Shown here piece by piece: positions 53,963-64,000 of a stretch of DNA of 64,000 nt. The position numbers and the translations under genes are program-made. Origin of the DNA: Myxococcota bacterium (GTDB lineage: Bacteria > Myxococcota > XYA12-FULL-58-9 > JALHOP01); contig JBGGMJ010000167.1 of NCBI GenBank assembly GCA_041288095.1, forward strand, positions 1 through 64,000. The letters are read 5' to 3'. Numbering within the stretch: position 1 is the stretch's first letter; the number at the start of each line of letters is the position of its first letter. The notes beneath the pieces were generated by a model. The model had not been told where the DNA came from. It worked only from the letters and a program-made list of their open reading frames with translations, and did not search any database.

Positions 53963-54694
53963 ATGCAGGTCGTCCTAGCGCTCGTCCTGGCCGCGGCGCC
54001 CTTGCCGCTGGTCGTCGTCGATGCCGGCCACGGCGGGGCTCAAGATGGGGCTATCGGGGTCTGTGGCGCCAAGGAGAAGGACGTAACCCTGGGCATCTCG
54101 ACCGAGATCGGGCGCGTCCTCGCCGCCAGCGGCAAGACCCGTGTGCTGCTCACCCGAACCGACGACGCGACCATGGACCTCAAGGAACGGGCGCGTTTCG
54201 CGAACGACGCCGGCGCCGACCTGTTCATCTCGGTGCATGCGAACTCGGGGCCGCAACCGCGCTCCCACGGTGTCGAGACCTATTTCTTGTCGCGTACCAT
54301 GAGTGATCGCCGTATCGCGAAGCTCGTGGCGCGCGAGAACGAAACCTTCAAGGTCGACGTCTCCCGCGACGAGACGACGCGCATTCTCGACAATCTGTCG
54401 TTGTCGGCGGCGCACGTCGAGAGCGCCCGCTTCGCCGAGCGCACCCACGGCATGTTGACGCGCGAGCTCGGTCTACCTGGCCGCCGCGGCGTCCTGCAGG
54501 CGCCGTTCTTCGTGCTGCTCGCGGCGCGCATGCCGTCAGTGCTCATCGAGACGGGCTTTCTTACGAACAAGGACGAGTGCAAGCAGCTTGCTAGCGCGGA
54601 GCACCGTGAGCGGCTCGCGAAGGTGATCGCGGGCGCGGTCCTTTTGCATGTGGCGCAGGAAGAGCTGGCGGTGGCGAAGCCTGCTGGGCGGTAG
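53963..54694 (+). CDS. N-acetylmuramoyl-L-alanine amidase (Amidase_3)
   Basis: VVDAGHGG, EKDVTL, FISVHAN, PSVLIETGF. Confidence 0.92.
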   Translation: MQVVLALVLAAAPLPLVVVDAGHGGAQDGAIGVCGAKEKDVTLGISTEIGRVLAASGKTRVLLTRTDDATMDLKERARFANDAGADLFISVHANSGPQPRSHGVETYFLSRTMSDRRIAKLVARENETFKVDVSRDETTRILDNLSLSAAHVESARFAERTHGMLTRELGLPGRRGVLQAPFFVLLAARMPSVLIETGFLTNKDECKQLASAEHRERLAKVIAGAVLLHVAQEELAVAKPAGR

Positions 54695-54703
54695 AATAGT
54701 CCC

Positions 54704-55342
54704 ATGCGCGTCGTCCGCGGCAACGTCCTCACCATCGGTCCAGCGGCTGCCGCCGAGCGCGATGCCATCTTCGCCGCATTGCAGCGTGAGGACATCCATC
54801 CCAATCTGGGTTTGAAACGTCCTCCTTCACGCGCTCAGTTCGACACCGATGTGCTCGAGCTGCACCGCGGCGAAGAGATGCGGCGCGAGCCTGTCCGCTA
54901 TCACGCACTATCGCGTAACGATGACGGTCGCTTCGTCGGCTTCTTCTTGGACTTCGGCTGGGATCATCCCAACGACAGCATCCGCGAGCTCGACCTGGTG
55001 TTTCCGCAGGAGGCGGACCGCAACGTCGGCGCCTATTTCGACGCCACCATCATCATCAGCCAGTACCTCTTCGAAAACGGTCTCGCGAAGCGGGTCCGCT
55101 GGCGGGTCCGTTCCCACGGGGATCGAGTGCCTCAGCGCCACGAGCGGCATGGGGCGCGCCTGGTCGCCAAACAAGTCGAGCGACATCCCGTCAGCGGTGA
55201 GTGGATGAACACGTACATCTTCGAGTTCGCCATCGCCGACTATCAGCGCTTGCTGCAGCGGATGGGCGAAAACGGCGCCGCCGACGACTATGGCAAATCC
55301 GCGAGCGGTGTCTGGGATGTGCTGCGAAATCGCGGCAACTGA
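54704..55342 (+). CDS. Hypothetical protein, possible RimJ/L-like GNAT fold
   Basis: DGRFVGF strand, YLFENG.AKRV, ERHG; fold call is weak. Confidence 0.6.
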   Translation: MRVVRGNVLTIGPAAAAERDAIFAALQREDIHPNLGLKRPPSRAQFDTDVLELHRGEEMRREPVRYHALSRNDDGRFVGFFLDFGWDHPNDSIRELDLVFPQEADRNVGAYFDATIIISQYLFENGLAKRVRWRVRSHGDRVPQRHERHGARLVAKQVERHPVSGEWMNTYIFEFAIADYQRLLQRMGENGAADDYGKSASGVWDVLRNRGN

Positions 55343-55358
55343 CGTATAGTGAAGAGCG

Positions 55359-56069
55359 ATGTCACGGCGTATCGAAGGCGGCCTAACAAGTCAGCTCAAT
55401 CCCTTCGGGCCACAGTGGCCGACCAGCAAAGATCCGGCGCAGATCCCGAGTGTTGGCGAGCAGGTGCAACGCGCCCTGTTCAGCCGCCCGCTGCCGCTAG
55501 TCCTCGACCCGGCCAAGTTTCCGATGCTGGCCGAGCAGATGCGGCTCTTGAACCGCTACAAGAAGAAGCTCGCGCAGCTCGCTGGCGACGAAGACGACGA
55601 CTACACCCTGAACCTGGCCGACGGGCCGATCGCGCAGATCGACGAGCAGGGTAACATCTACATGGGCGCCCAGTTCTTGTTCGCGGCGCGCGACAACCCC
55701 GAGCTGATGGTCGGCGTCCTCGCCCATGAGATCGGTCACCGGCCGCGCCGCTGGGCCGACTACAAAGTCCGCAAGGAGCTCACCAAGGAAGACCTCGAGG
55801 CGCTGTGCCGTCACGAAGAGACGCGCGCCGATTTGTTCTCGGGCCGCGCTTTGGCCGAGCTCGAGATGTCTTGCGAGCCGCTCGCGCAGTTCCTGGTCAA
55901 CGAGACCCAGCTGGCGACGCCGCATCCGGAGTATTTCCCGCCCGACGTGCGCGCCCAAGTCATCCGCGACGCGCACATGAGCCGTGGCTACGCCTTGGAG
56001 AGCCGCAAGAAGCTCTTCCCCGACTATGAGCGCCTGCACTCGCCGAAGGGGCACATCGGCGAGTTCTAG
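55359..56069 (+). CDS. Putative zincin metalloprotease (M48-like)
   Basis: GVLAHEIGH...HEETRADLF, HP. Confidence 0.7.
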   Translation: MSRRIEGGLTSQLNPFGPQWPTSKDPAQIPSVGEQVQRALFSRPLPLVLDPAKFPMLAEQMRLLNRYKKKLAQLAGDEDDDYTLNLADGPIAQIDEQGNIYMGAQFLFAARDNPELMVGVLAHEIGHRPRRWADYKVRKELTKEDLEALCRHEETRADLFSGRALAELEMSCEPLAQFLVNETQLATPHPEYFPPDVRAQVIRDAHMSRGYALESRKKLFPDYERLHSPKGHIGEF

Positions 56070-58012
56070 AGCAACGACAGCGCGATGGCCTTCTCTGGGC
56101 CGTGACGAACGAAGTCGGCATAGAGCTTGAGCGCGCCCGCCGCGAAACACGTGGTCGTCGCGTCGGCGTCGTAATAATCGAGCCCGGTGAGCGCCGTGTA
56201 GAGCGGCTGCCCATTGCCGTAGGCACCGCCGCGCTCCGCCGCTAGCAGGTGCGAGACGCCGCGCTCGAGCGCCTTGGCGAGGCGCGGGTCGCGTGCTTCG
56301 CGGTCGCTCATCATGCCGATGAGGCCGATGACGGCGCTCGCGGTGTGGATGACCGACGAAGGGCCACGACCTTCGCGCTCGCGGTCGGCGTCGATGGTTT
56401 CGCCCCAGCCGCCGTCCTTGTTTTGCTTGGCGAGTAACAGCTCGCGCGAGCCGTCGAACAGGGGCGCCGTCGCCGCTTCACCGAGGTGTCGCAACGCCGG
56501 CACGACGAAGTAGAACCCGGAGGTCTTGCCGGCGATCCAGCGTGACCACCAGGTGCCGTCCCTCTTCGCATCAGCGAGGAACCCGCGCGCCCATTTTAAC
56601 GCTTGGTCGAGCTCGCGACGCTCATTGGCCGTCAGCGTGCCGCTATCGCGGACCGATGTGAGGCTGCGCACCACGCGCGCCGTCAGATCGGGGCTCGCGG
56701 TGTCGTCGATCGCGGACGTATTCGAATCGATCGGTGGATAGCGTCCGGAACCAAGCCCACTCTTGTTGAACGCGCCCCAGCCACCGCTGGATTGCTGATA
56801 GTCGAGTAAACCTCGGACGGCGGCGCGCATCGATTTTTCCAGGCGAGCCCGCTCTTCCGGCTCGTCTGTTTTGGCGTGCCGAGCCGCCACCGCGCGTAGA
56901 GCCGTCGACGACGTATCGTTGTCTCCGAGCTTGCCGGTCAGGCTGAAGCTCCAACGACCATCGCTTCGTTGTGTCTCGAGCAGGCGTGCAACGCCGCGCT
57001 CAGCAGGGGCTTCGTCGCCGAGCATCTGCAGCGTGAGCGCCACGAAACCGGTGTCCCATGCATCGCCGCGCGTCCAAGCGGCGGGGTGCGTCTCACGTAA
57101 GCCGGCAAGGAACTCTTGTCCTCTCGCCAGCGGCTCCGACGACGGCAAGCGATGGCCGCGCGCGTGCAAGGCGATCATCGAGAGCGCCGAGCCAAGATCA
57201 GTCCAACCCCAACCCCCGTCCGGGTCTTGTCGCGCCTGAATCTCGCCTTCGAGCTTGGCGACACCCTCGGCGCCCAAGAACATGCGGGGCCAAGCACCCA
57301 GCGTCGGGTGATTTGCCGCGAGCAACACGACAGCGGGCAGGTAGACATGAGCCAGACCCGACACTGTCCCGGTCATGTAGCTCGACAACATCGTCTTGAC
57401 GAGGCCGAGGTTGGGAAGGCTCGGGGCTTCCTCGGGGTCCAGGGTCGCCGCCAGCAAGTCGACGATGGCACAGAAGAGCGTGTCATCGTGCTTGTGGACG
57501 GTCGCGAGGTAGTCACGCGCTTTGTCGATGATGGTTCTGGTTTCGGCGGTGAGGCGAGGCTCACGTTTGGCGAGTTGCCGCAGCGCCAGGATGACCATGC
57601 GGGTCGCGGTGGCGGCGGGGATGTCGCCGTTGGTCACCGAGAAGCCGCCGTCAGCCCGTTGCTCGCGCTTGAAGTGGGCGATGATGGTGTCCGCGCCGGC
57701 GATGGGGGCATCGACGACAGCGGAAGCGAGCCAGCTCAAAGCCAGGTGGAAGCTGCCGCCGACGAAGGGCGTGTTCCAAGCACCGCTGCTCTCTTGAAGA
57801 CCGCGCAGCTGAAGTGCTGTCCTCCCGAGCGACGCCTCGACACGCTCGACCAGAGCTTCGGTGGCCCGAGGACCGGTTGGGGCAAGGGCGGTGGGGTTGG
57901 CAAGCTTGGGCAGACGCTCGAGTGGTCGGTGATGCTCAGCCCGGGGCGGGACAACGAGCGGCGCCGCGCTGGGGGAGAGCCCAGCGGCGTCGCGAGGACG
58001 GACTATTCGCAT
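56066..58012 (-). CDS. Divergent squalene-hopene-cyclase-like class II terpene cyclase
   Basis: QW repeats QESSGAW, QRADGGF, QDPDGGW, QRSDGRW, QQSSGGWGAF, QNKDGGWGE; WDT; SPDLTARV; DNDT at the DxDD position. Confidence 0.8.
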   Translation of the reverse strand: MRIVRPRDAAGLSPSAAPLVVPPRAEHHRPLERLPKLANPTALAPTGPRATEALVERVEASLGRTALQLRGLQESSGAWNTPFVGGSFHLALSWLASAVVDAPIAGADTIIAHFKREQRADGGFSVTNGDIPAATATRMVILALRQLAKREPRLTAETRTIIDKARDYLATVHKHDDTLFCAIVDLLAATLDPEEAPSLPNLGLVKTMLSSYMTGTVSGLAHVYLPAVVLLAANHPTLGAWPRMFLGAEGVAKLEGEIQARQDPDGGWGWTDLGSALSMIALHARGHRLPSSEPLARGQEFLAGLRETHPAAWTRGDAWDTGFVALTLQMLGDEAPAERGVARLLETQRSDGRWSFSLTGKLGDNDTSSTALRAVAARHAKTDEPEERARLEKSMRAAVRGLLDYQQSSGGWGAFNKSGLGSGRYPPIDSNTSAIDDTASPDLTARVVRSLTSVRDSGTLTANERRELDQALKWARGFLADAKRDGTWWSRWIAGKTSGFYFVVPALRHLGEAATAPLFDGSRELLLAKQNKDGGWGETIDADREREGRGPSSVIHTASAVIGLIGMMSDREARDPRLAKALERGVSHLLAAERGGAYGNGQPLYTALTGLDYYDADATTTCFAAGALKLYADFVRHGPEKAIALSLL

Positions 58013-58019
58013 GCGCCGA

Positions 58020-58046
58020 ATATCGCGAACGGTCGCCAACGGTTGT
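58020..58046 (-). promoter_or_regulatory. Sigma28-like bipartite promoter motif, copy 3
   Basis: Minus strand ACAA-ccgttggcgaccgtt-CGCGATAT, 7 nt before ATG 58012. Confidence 0.45.
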
Positions 58047-58091
58047 CCCCCGGCCACTGACTTCGAGGCACCGTCTGCTATAAATCGCCGC

Positions 58092-59015
58092 ATGAAGAGG
58101 TTGGGACTGTGGATGGCGTTGACGTGCGGCCTCGCGGCCTGCGGCGACGGGAAGAGTCGTGACGAAGGTGAAGGCGATCACTCCGTGAAGGCGGTCGTGG
58201 CGTCGATGCTGCTCGGCACGCCACCCGGTGAATATGCGAGCGACCTCGATGACGACGGCGATGAGGACGACGGCTTGGGGCGCGTCGCCGCAACGCTCGA
58301 GACGACGAGCAATGTCGATCTGCAGGGTGGAATCGATGCCGCCATAGCGGCCGGCGAAACTCTGTTCCTGATCGAGATCAGGTCACACGACGAGAGCTTC
58401 GAAAACGATGAGAACGCCACGTTGACGATCAGCAGAGCGTCGACGCAGGCAAGCCCCGACCTTTCGGGTGGCGGGTCATTCACGGTCGAGGCGGGGACGA
58501 CCCCATTCGTCTTGACCGGCGCCATCGTCAACCACGTCTTCCGCTCCGACGAGCCCTCCGGCGCCCCGCAGCCGCTCGACTTTGCCATCGCATTCGGTGG
58601 CGAAGACGTCGTCGAAGTGCCGATCATCGCGGTTCGCGTCACGGTGACCATCGACGCCGACGCGCAAGCGCTCACCGCCGGCAAGCTGGCTGGAGCCGTT
58701 TTAGCGGAAGAGCTCGACACGGCGGTCATGCCGGTGCTCGCGGCCCAATACAACGCCGCCATCGCCACGGACCCCACCGACTCGGCCTCCCTGCTCATCT
58801 TGAATATCTTCGACACCGGCGGCTGCGACGGCGGCGTCGCCGACAACAGCGTCATCGAGCTCTGCGAGGTCGAAAACAACACGCTCTTGAACAGCGTCTT
58901 CGCGCCGGACGTCGACATCCTGGACGCCTCCGGCAACGTCGCACCCAGAGCCAACGGGCCCAAGGATGCCTTGTCGTTGGGCGTCGGGTTCAGCGGAGTC
59001 GCGGCGCTCTATTGA
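58092..59015 (+). CDS. Acidic hypothetical lipoprotein
   Basis: MKRLGLWMALTCGLAAC lipobox; DLDDDGDED loop. Confidence 0.75.
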   Translation: MKRLGLWMALTCGLAACGDGKSRDEGEGDHSVKAVVASMLLGTPPGEYASDLDDDGDEDDGLGRVAATLETTSNVDLQGGIDAAIAAGETLFLIEIRSHDESFENDENATLTISRASTQASPDLSGGGSFTVEAGTTPFVLTGAIVNHVFRSDEPSGAPQPLDFAIAFGGEDVVEVPIIAVRVTVTIDADAQALTAGKLAGAVLAEELDTAVMPVLAAQYNAAIATDPTDSASLLILNIFDTGGCDGGVADNSVIELCEVENNTLLNSVFAPDVDILDASGNVAPRANGPKDALSLGVGFSGVAALY

Positions 59016-59065
59016 GGACGCGCGCGGCCAACGCCGTATGATAGGCTCAAGGCGGAGGGATTCCT

Positions 59066-60649
59066 TTGGGGGTCAAGGTCCTTTCGAGCGATCCGCCGCG
59101 CTGTGAGCCTTCGCGAGAAGTGTGCGAGCCGGATCCGAAGCTGGTCATGCCTCCCGAGCCCGGCCCGGGCGGTGCCCGTCCGCCCGAGTGGATGCGTGGC
59201 AATGTTCGCGACCAACATCTACGCGGGCTCGACCCTCCGCGTGCCACCGCGGCTCAGCCTCTCGACCTGAGTCCCGATCGCCTGTCGGCCGCGATAGCGG
59301 TCGCGAGTCAGCGACTTGGCTCGTACCTGACGACTCGTAGCGCTGGTCTCGACAGTCCGATGATGTGGGTGCCCTACGACGGCACGCGACGCTTTCGCCT
59401 CGGTGATGACGGCAGTGACGGCTTCGGCTTCACCGCCGGGCAACTCGCGGATGTGACCGCCGAGCTCACCGCCCGTGGCTTTCCGCGTTTCGTCGCGGCG
59501 GAGGCGCGGCTCGTGAACGTGACCAATTACGCGGCGCGTCTCGCGGCGGGCGAGCAAGTCGGCTTGCAACACTTTCCCGGCGGCAACCCGGATCTCGAGA
59601 CCACGGAGCGCGTGAACGTTCACTACGGAGATGCCGCCGAGATCCGGGCCTTCGTGGCGCCCTATGCCGACATCATCCGCGCCAACCCTCCTCGCGCCAT
59701 CATGCTCTCGCACGCCACCTATGCGCTCGGCGGCTTTCCCGGCGCCGAGGTGCTGAACGCTGGGCGAGATCCGCGGCCGGGCTTTCTGCGGGACCTCCCT
59801 TTCAACCAGATCCCCGCGTCGCTGAACCCGACACTCATCAGCTATCTACGCCAGAACCTCGGTTATCGCGGCGTGGTCACGCCGGATTGGTACGACATGG
59901 GCGCGGTGACCAAGTTCATCCACGAGCACGCCAACATCGATCTCGGCGACAGTGGTGACGACGACTACCGTGACCGCGCCCGCGCTTTCATCCTGGGCGT
60001 CGAAGCGGGTGTGGACTTTCCCACCGCCATTCCCCCGCACTTGGCGGGCAATCGTGAGCTGTGGGCGGCGTTCGAGCGCAACCATCCCCATGAGTACGGG
60101 GCCTTTCTCGAACGTCTCGACGAGCGCGTCCGTGAGACCTACGACCGTGTCCGCCCAAGCGGAGGGCGCGCCATGGACACGAGTCTCTTCTCGTTCGAAG
60201 ACAAGGTGCGGCTGCTCATCTACAACCCGCGGCCGCAGACCAACGGTTCGAGCTACCATGCCGATTTCGCCGACTTGCGCGGCGATACCGGTCCACGCGG
60301 CGAGCTCGCCCGGCCCATGCTGCTGAACGGCACGGGCGACTATGACGTTTGGAACCGCACCGGCGTGCTCACCATGATGCTCCGCCAGTTCGTCGTCGAG
60401 TCGGTCACCGGGCAACGCTGGCCGGCACTCCCGGCCGACATGAGCGGCATCGACGCGGAGGAACGCGATGCCCTCGAGGAGAACTGGTTCTACACGCTGG
60501 CCAACGACCAGGGCTTCATGCGCGCGTATAACGCGGTCCCCTGGGATTCACCCGAGATGACCGCGCTCTATCAGCGCTTCTACCAACAAGCGGCGACGCG
60601 CCGGCCAGGGCTCGCGAGCCATGGCCTGCGCGTTCCTGGGCCGATTTAG
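59066..60649 (+). CDS. Divergent GH3 (NagZ-like) domain protein
   Basis: QHFPG, IMLSH, PASLN...[27 protein letters not shown] start with GGAGG RBS. Confidence 0.65.
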   Translation: MGVKVLSSDPPRCEPSREVCEPDPKLVMPPEPGPGGARPPEWMRGNVRDQHLRGLDPPRATAAQPLDLSPDRLSAAIAVASQRLGSYLTTRSAGLDSPMMWVPYDGTRRFRLGDDGSDGFGFTAGQLADVTAELTARGFPRFVAAEARLVNVTNYAARLAAGEQVGLQHFPGGNPDLETTERVNVHYGDAAEIRAFVAPYADIIRANPPRAIMLSHATYALGGFPGAEVLNAGRDPRPGFLRDLPFNQIPASLNPTLISYLRQNLGYRGVVTPDWYDMGAVTKFIHEHANIDLGDSGDDDYRDRARAFILGVEAGVDFPTAIPPHLAGNRELWAAFERNHPHEYGAFLERLDERVRETYDRVRPSGGRAMDTSLFSFEDKVRLLIYNPRPQTNGSSYHADFADLRGDTGPRGELARPMLLNGTGDYDVWNRTGVLTMMLRQFVVESVTGQRWPALPADMSGIDAEERDALEENWFYTLANDQGFMRAYNAVPWDSPEMTALYQRFYQQAATRRPGLASHGLRVPGPI

Positions 60650-62160
60650 TAGCGGTACTGGTCCGTCTTGAACGGCCCCTCGAGCGGCACGCCGATGTAC
60701 TCGGCCTGCGTCTTCGAGAGCGTCGTGAGCTTCGCCCCGAACTTGTCGAGGTGGAGGCGCGCGACCTTCTCGTCGAGGTGCTTCGGCAGCGTGATCACCT
60801 TCTTGCCGATCTTCTCGGCATTCTGGTGCAGCTCGATTTGCGCCATCGTCTGATTGGTGAACGAAGCGCTCATCACGAAGCTCGGGTGACCGGTGGCGAC
60901 GCCGAGGTTCACCAGACGGCCTTCCGCGAGCACGATGATGCTGCGGCCGGTGTCTTTGAACTTCCACTCGTGCACTTGCGGCTTGATCTCGATCTTCTGA
61001 ACGGTGCCGGCCGCGGCCATCTTCTCGAGACCGGCCATGTCGATCTCGTTGTCGAAGTGTCCGATATTGCAGACGATGGCGTTGTGCTTCATCTTCCGCA
61101 TGTGCTCGACGGTGATGATGTTCATGTTGCCGGTCGCGGTCACGAAGATGTCCATCTGCCCGACGACGTCGTCGATGGTCACCACGTCGAGACCCTGCAT
61201 GCAGGCCTGCAAGGCGCAGATCGGATCGATCTCGGTGATCGCCACGCGCGCGTCCTGACCCTTGAGTGACTGCACCGAGCCCTTGCCGACATCGCCGAAG
61301 CCGCAGACGAGAGCGCGCTTACCGGCGAGCATCACGTCGGTGCCGCGCATGAGCGCGTCGACCAGCGAGTGACGGCAACCATAGAGGTTGTCGAACTTCG
61401 ACTTGGTGACCGAATCGTTGACGTTGATCGCCGGGAACAACAGGGTGCCGGCCTTCATCATCTCGTAGAGGCGGTGAACGCCGGTGGTCGTCTCCTCGGA
61501 GACGCCGCGGATGCTCTTGGCGTAGGGCTCCCAGAAGTTGGCGTCGGCCGCCTGCACGTCGGTGAGGAGCTGCAGGATGATCTGCATCTCCTGCACGTCG
61601 GACGACTTCGGAGCCGGGACCTTGCCGGCCTTGTTGAACTCGTAGCCCTTGTGGACGAGGAGGGTAGCGTCACCGCCGTCGTCGAGGATCATCGTGGGGT
61701 ACTTGCCGCCGGGGAAGCGCAGCGCCTGCATCGTGCACCACCAGTACTCTTCGAGCGACTCGCCCTTCCAGGCGAAGACCGGAGTGCCGGCGGGCTTGTC
61801 GATCGTGCCCTTGGGGCCGACGACGACCGCGGCCGCGGCGTGATCTTGGGTCGAGAAGATATTGCACGAGCACCAGCGCACGTCGGCGCCGAGGTCGACC
61901 AGGGTCTCGATCAGGACCGCGGTCTGGATGGTCATGTGCAACGAGCCCATGATGCGGGCGCCCTTGAGCGGCTGCTTGCCCTTGTACTCCGCGCGCAGCG
62001 CCATCAGGCCGGGCATCTCGTGCTCGGCAAGCTCGATCTCTTTGCGACCGTAGCGGACGGTGTCGGGCGACATATCGCGGACCTTGTGCGGCAGGCCCGA
62101 AAACAAAGTCTCACCCGTTCCCAACCAGCTCGTATCATCGTGTCGCACGGCGACGCTCAT
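60646..62160 (-). CDS. ahcY: Adenosylhomocysteinase
   Basis: [52 protein letters not shown]. Confidence 0.98.
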   Translation of the reverse strand: MSVAVRHDDTSWLGTGETLFSGLPHKVRDMSPDTVRYGRKEIELAEHEMPGLMALRAEYKGKQPLKGARIMGSLHMTIQTAVLIETLVDLGADVRWCSCNIFSTQDHAAAAVVVGPKGTIDKPAGTPVFAWKGESLEEYWWCTMQALRFPGGKYPTMILDDGGDATLLVHKGYEFNKAGKVPAPKSSDVQEMQIILQLLTDVQAADANFWEPYAKSIRGVSEETTTGVHRLYEMMKAGTLLFPAINVNDSVTKSKFDNLYGCRHSLVDALMRGTDVMLAGKRALVCGFGDVGKGSVQSLKGQDARVAITEIDPICALQACMQGLDVVTIDDVVGQMDIFVTATGNMNIITVEHMRKMKHNAIVCNIGHFDNEIDMAGLEKMAAAGTVQKIEIKPQVHEWKFKDTGRSIIVLAEGRLVNLGVATGHPSFVMSASFTNQTMAQIELHQNAEKIGKKVITLPKHLDEKVARLHLDKFGAKLTTLSKTQAEYIGVPLEGPFKTDQYRY

Positions 62161-62963
62161 GGCTTTCCTCTACGGTTTGAAGGCGCCGGCTCTATACCGT
62201 CAGAGGATGAAGTTTCCAAGGGTCCGGGGCCACGCCCGCGTTTTGCATCGTTGAGCGTCCAATCGTAGTCGCGAAAGCGCACGACGACCCCAGGGGCGGC
62301 GACACCATCACCGAGGTATTTGGCGACGAAGGTGGGCACCGAGCCCGCCTTCTCGAAGTCACCGTGGAACCAGTCGAAGATGGCCGAGAGCTCGAGCACC
62401 TTGGCGTCGGCATCGAAGCGGTTCTTGCGCCGGTCGCCGACGAAGAGTCGCGCTTGCTCCTCGAGCTGCTGCTCGATCTTGCGGCCGAGGTAGGCTTCCT
62501 TCCGCAGCGGCGGACAGTCCATCGCGGCGCACACCAAGGCGAAGTGCACGCGTGGCTCGCCAAAACGCTTGCGGATCAGCTCGTTCTCGAGTGCGTCGAG
62601 GGACATCGGCGAGGCCCCCAGGACGCGCAGCGGCACGATTGGACGTTTGAACGGCTCGGTCACGTCACGGATGCTGGCGATGGGATAGGCGCCGGCAACG
62701 AGACGCACCACGTGTGCGTTGTAGGCATTGAGCAGGAACGCCAACTGGTCGCCGGGCGCGAGCTTGGCGTAAGCCTCGGGGCAGATGGCGTCGAGCGCGG
62801 AGACGTAAGCCTCGAGGTCGGCCAAACCGCGCCCCTTGACGGCCGCGTAGTCGACCAGGCCGCCTTCGACATAGCGCCCGAGGAACCGCGTCCAAGCGCG
62901 GTGATCCAGGTCGGGTTGGGTGCAAGCAGCCGCTATTGCGAACGAGAGCATGGTCGTCACCAT
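62157..62963 (-). CDS. DUF547 domain protein
   Basis: [45 protein letters not shown]. Confidence 0.9.
   Translation of the reverse strand: MVTTMLSFAIAAACTQPDLDHRAWTRFLGRYVEGGLVDYAAVKGRGLADLEAYVSALDAICPEAYAKLAPGDQLAFLLNAYNAHVVRLVAGAYPIASIRDVTEPFKRPIVPLRVLGASPMSLDALENELIRKRFGEPRVHFALVCAAMDCPPLRKEAYLGRKIEQQLEEQARLFVGDRRKNRFDADAKVLELSAIFDWFHGDFEKAGSVPTFVAKYLGDGVAAPGVVVRFRDYDWTLNDAKRGRGPGPLETSSSDGIEPAPSNRRGKP
62191..62219 (-). promoter_or_regulatory. Sigma70-like promoter for ahcY inside the DUF547 3' end
   Basis: TTGGAA-N17-TATAGA, followed by GAGGA RBS. Confidence 0.5.
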
Positions 62964-63781
62964 GTCGCTCCCATACCCACCGACACCAGGGAGCCGCCAT
63001 AGACGTTACGCCGCGCGGCCGCGACGTTCGTGTAGTCGAGAGTCACGAAGGCGCTCGAGAACACGGGCACCGCCGCGCCGGCGTCGATGGCGACGAATTC
63101 GCTCCCCTCGCCATAGAGAAACGGCACCCCGGCATTGATGTCATCGCCCAGCGTCTTCTGCACCCGTGCTCGCGCCGACAGCCAAACGTAGCCGAGCAGC
63201 TGATGGCCGACTTCGAAGCCCGCCCCGTATTGGTCGGTGAATCCCTCGGTGCGCAGGTTGTAACCGACGTCGAGCGAGGCATAGGCGCGCAGCGACGGAA
63301 GGCCGCGTGACAGAGCAACGCGAGCCCACAGGTTCCACTCGCCGTCGCCCGTCGGCAAGTTGATCTGGCCGCCGTCATCGAGGTCGACGAAGGCCCGGCT
63401 GCGACCGGTGGGCAGCTCCAGCGCCAGCGCCGCGGCCAGGTGCCAGTCCGCAATCGCGGTGCCGCTCTTGAGCTCGAGGCTCGCGTCACCCAGCCCCGCC
63501 GACGCGTCACTGGCCGTGAAGCTGTTCGCGCGCAGCAGTGGAAGACTCACCGCGATCTGGACGTGTGGTAGAAGGCCGTATTCACCGTAGAGAGTGACCC
63601 CGCGCTGGCGAAGCTGCTGGCCGTCATCGCGGCGCACTCCATCGAGGGTGAAATAGACGCTCGAGCGCAGCTCCGAGTAATAGAGCTTCACATAGCCGCC
63701 GCCCGGTTCACGGACGAAGCCGCTGGTCGCGTGGGCGACGCCGCACCACCCGAGGAGCACGGCCGCCGCGAGCGCGCGCAT
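62957..63781 (-). CDS. Secreted / outer-membrane beta-rich protein
   Basis: Signal peptide ending AHA; GLGDASL..K, LPTG; terminal Trp. Confidence 0.7.
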   Translation of the reverse strand: MRALAAAVLLGWCGVAHATSGFVREPGGGYVKLYYSELRSSVYFTLDGVRRDDGQQLRQRGVTLYGEYGLLPHVQIAVSLPLLRANSFTASDASAGLGDASLELKSGTAIADWHLAAALALELPTGRSRAFVDLDDGGQINLPTGDGEWNLWARVALSRGLPSLRAYASLDVGYNLRTEGFTDQYGAGFEVGHQLLGYVWLSARARVQKTLGDDINAGVPFLYGEGSEFVAIDAGAAVPVFSSAFVTLDYTNVAAARRNVYGGSLVSVGMGATW

Positions 63782-63785
63782 CAGG

Positions 63786-64000
63786 CTACTGCAACAACGC
63801 CGCGCCGAAGTTCACTTCGGCGGGCTCGCAATAGACGACCACGGCGGCGAACAGGGTGTCGTCGACCTCCGCCGGAATTGCGAATGCTTGGGCACCGACG
63901 ATGGTCGTGCGGCCTAGTCGCGGCGAGACGCTGCCCGGTTCAAGCTCGCGCTGGTCCGCCAGGTTGTCGGTCGTCGCGGCCAAGAAGAACGCGACGGAAC
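63786..64000 (-). CDS. DM13 domain protein, 5' end beyond the window
   Basis: GAQAFAIP...VVVYCEP..VNFGAALL matches the DM13 C-terminal pattern. Confidence 0.65.
   Translation of the reverse strand, partial: SVAFFLAATTDNLADQRELEPGSVSPRLGRTTIVGAQAFAIPAEVDDTLFAAVVVYCEPAEVNFGAALLQ

Noticed and set aside
62161..62260. SAH riboswitch upstream of ahcY
   Set aside because: The leader is short, lies within the upstream CDS and lacks recognisable SAH riboswitch core sequence; an Rfam scan would settle it

Overview
High-GC bacterial chromosomal segment. Gene content (PEGA-like, AgmX/PglI-C, disintegrin-like Cys-rich lipoproteins, tandem cNMP protein, CPAF-like protease) suggests Myxococcota or a related deltaproteobacterium; this is inference. 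About 60 densely packed CDSs and one tRNA-Leu(CAG); no integrase, transposase, CRISPR array or rRNA seen. Housekeeping genes include hemE, hemF, hslO, cobB, rph, rdgB, ahcY, yggX and ydfG. The standout is one uninterrupted 1661-aa ORF (13943-18928, minus) joining a GH8 endoglucanase (BcsZ-like), a complete BcsA-type cellulose synthase with PilZ, an internal signal-peptide-like helix, TPRs and a probable outer-membrane beta-barrel (BcsC-like role), with no bcsB in the window: a possible one-gene glucan synthesis and export machine. Second, a bipartite sigma28-like motif, (G/A)CAA-N15/16-NNCGATA(C/T), precedes three scattered genes without signal peptides (CPAF-like protease, divergent squalene-hopene-cyclase-like enzyme, EF-hand orphan). 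Also seen: a leaderless-promoter signature, hemE/hemF start codons sharing one CATG, and several degenerate pseudo-enzymes. All family assignments come from reading motifs by eye, not database searches.
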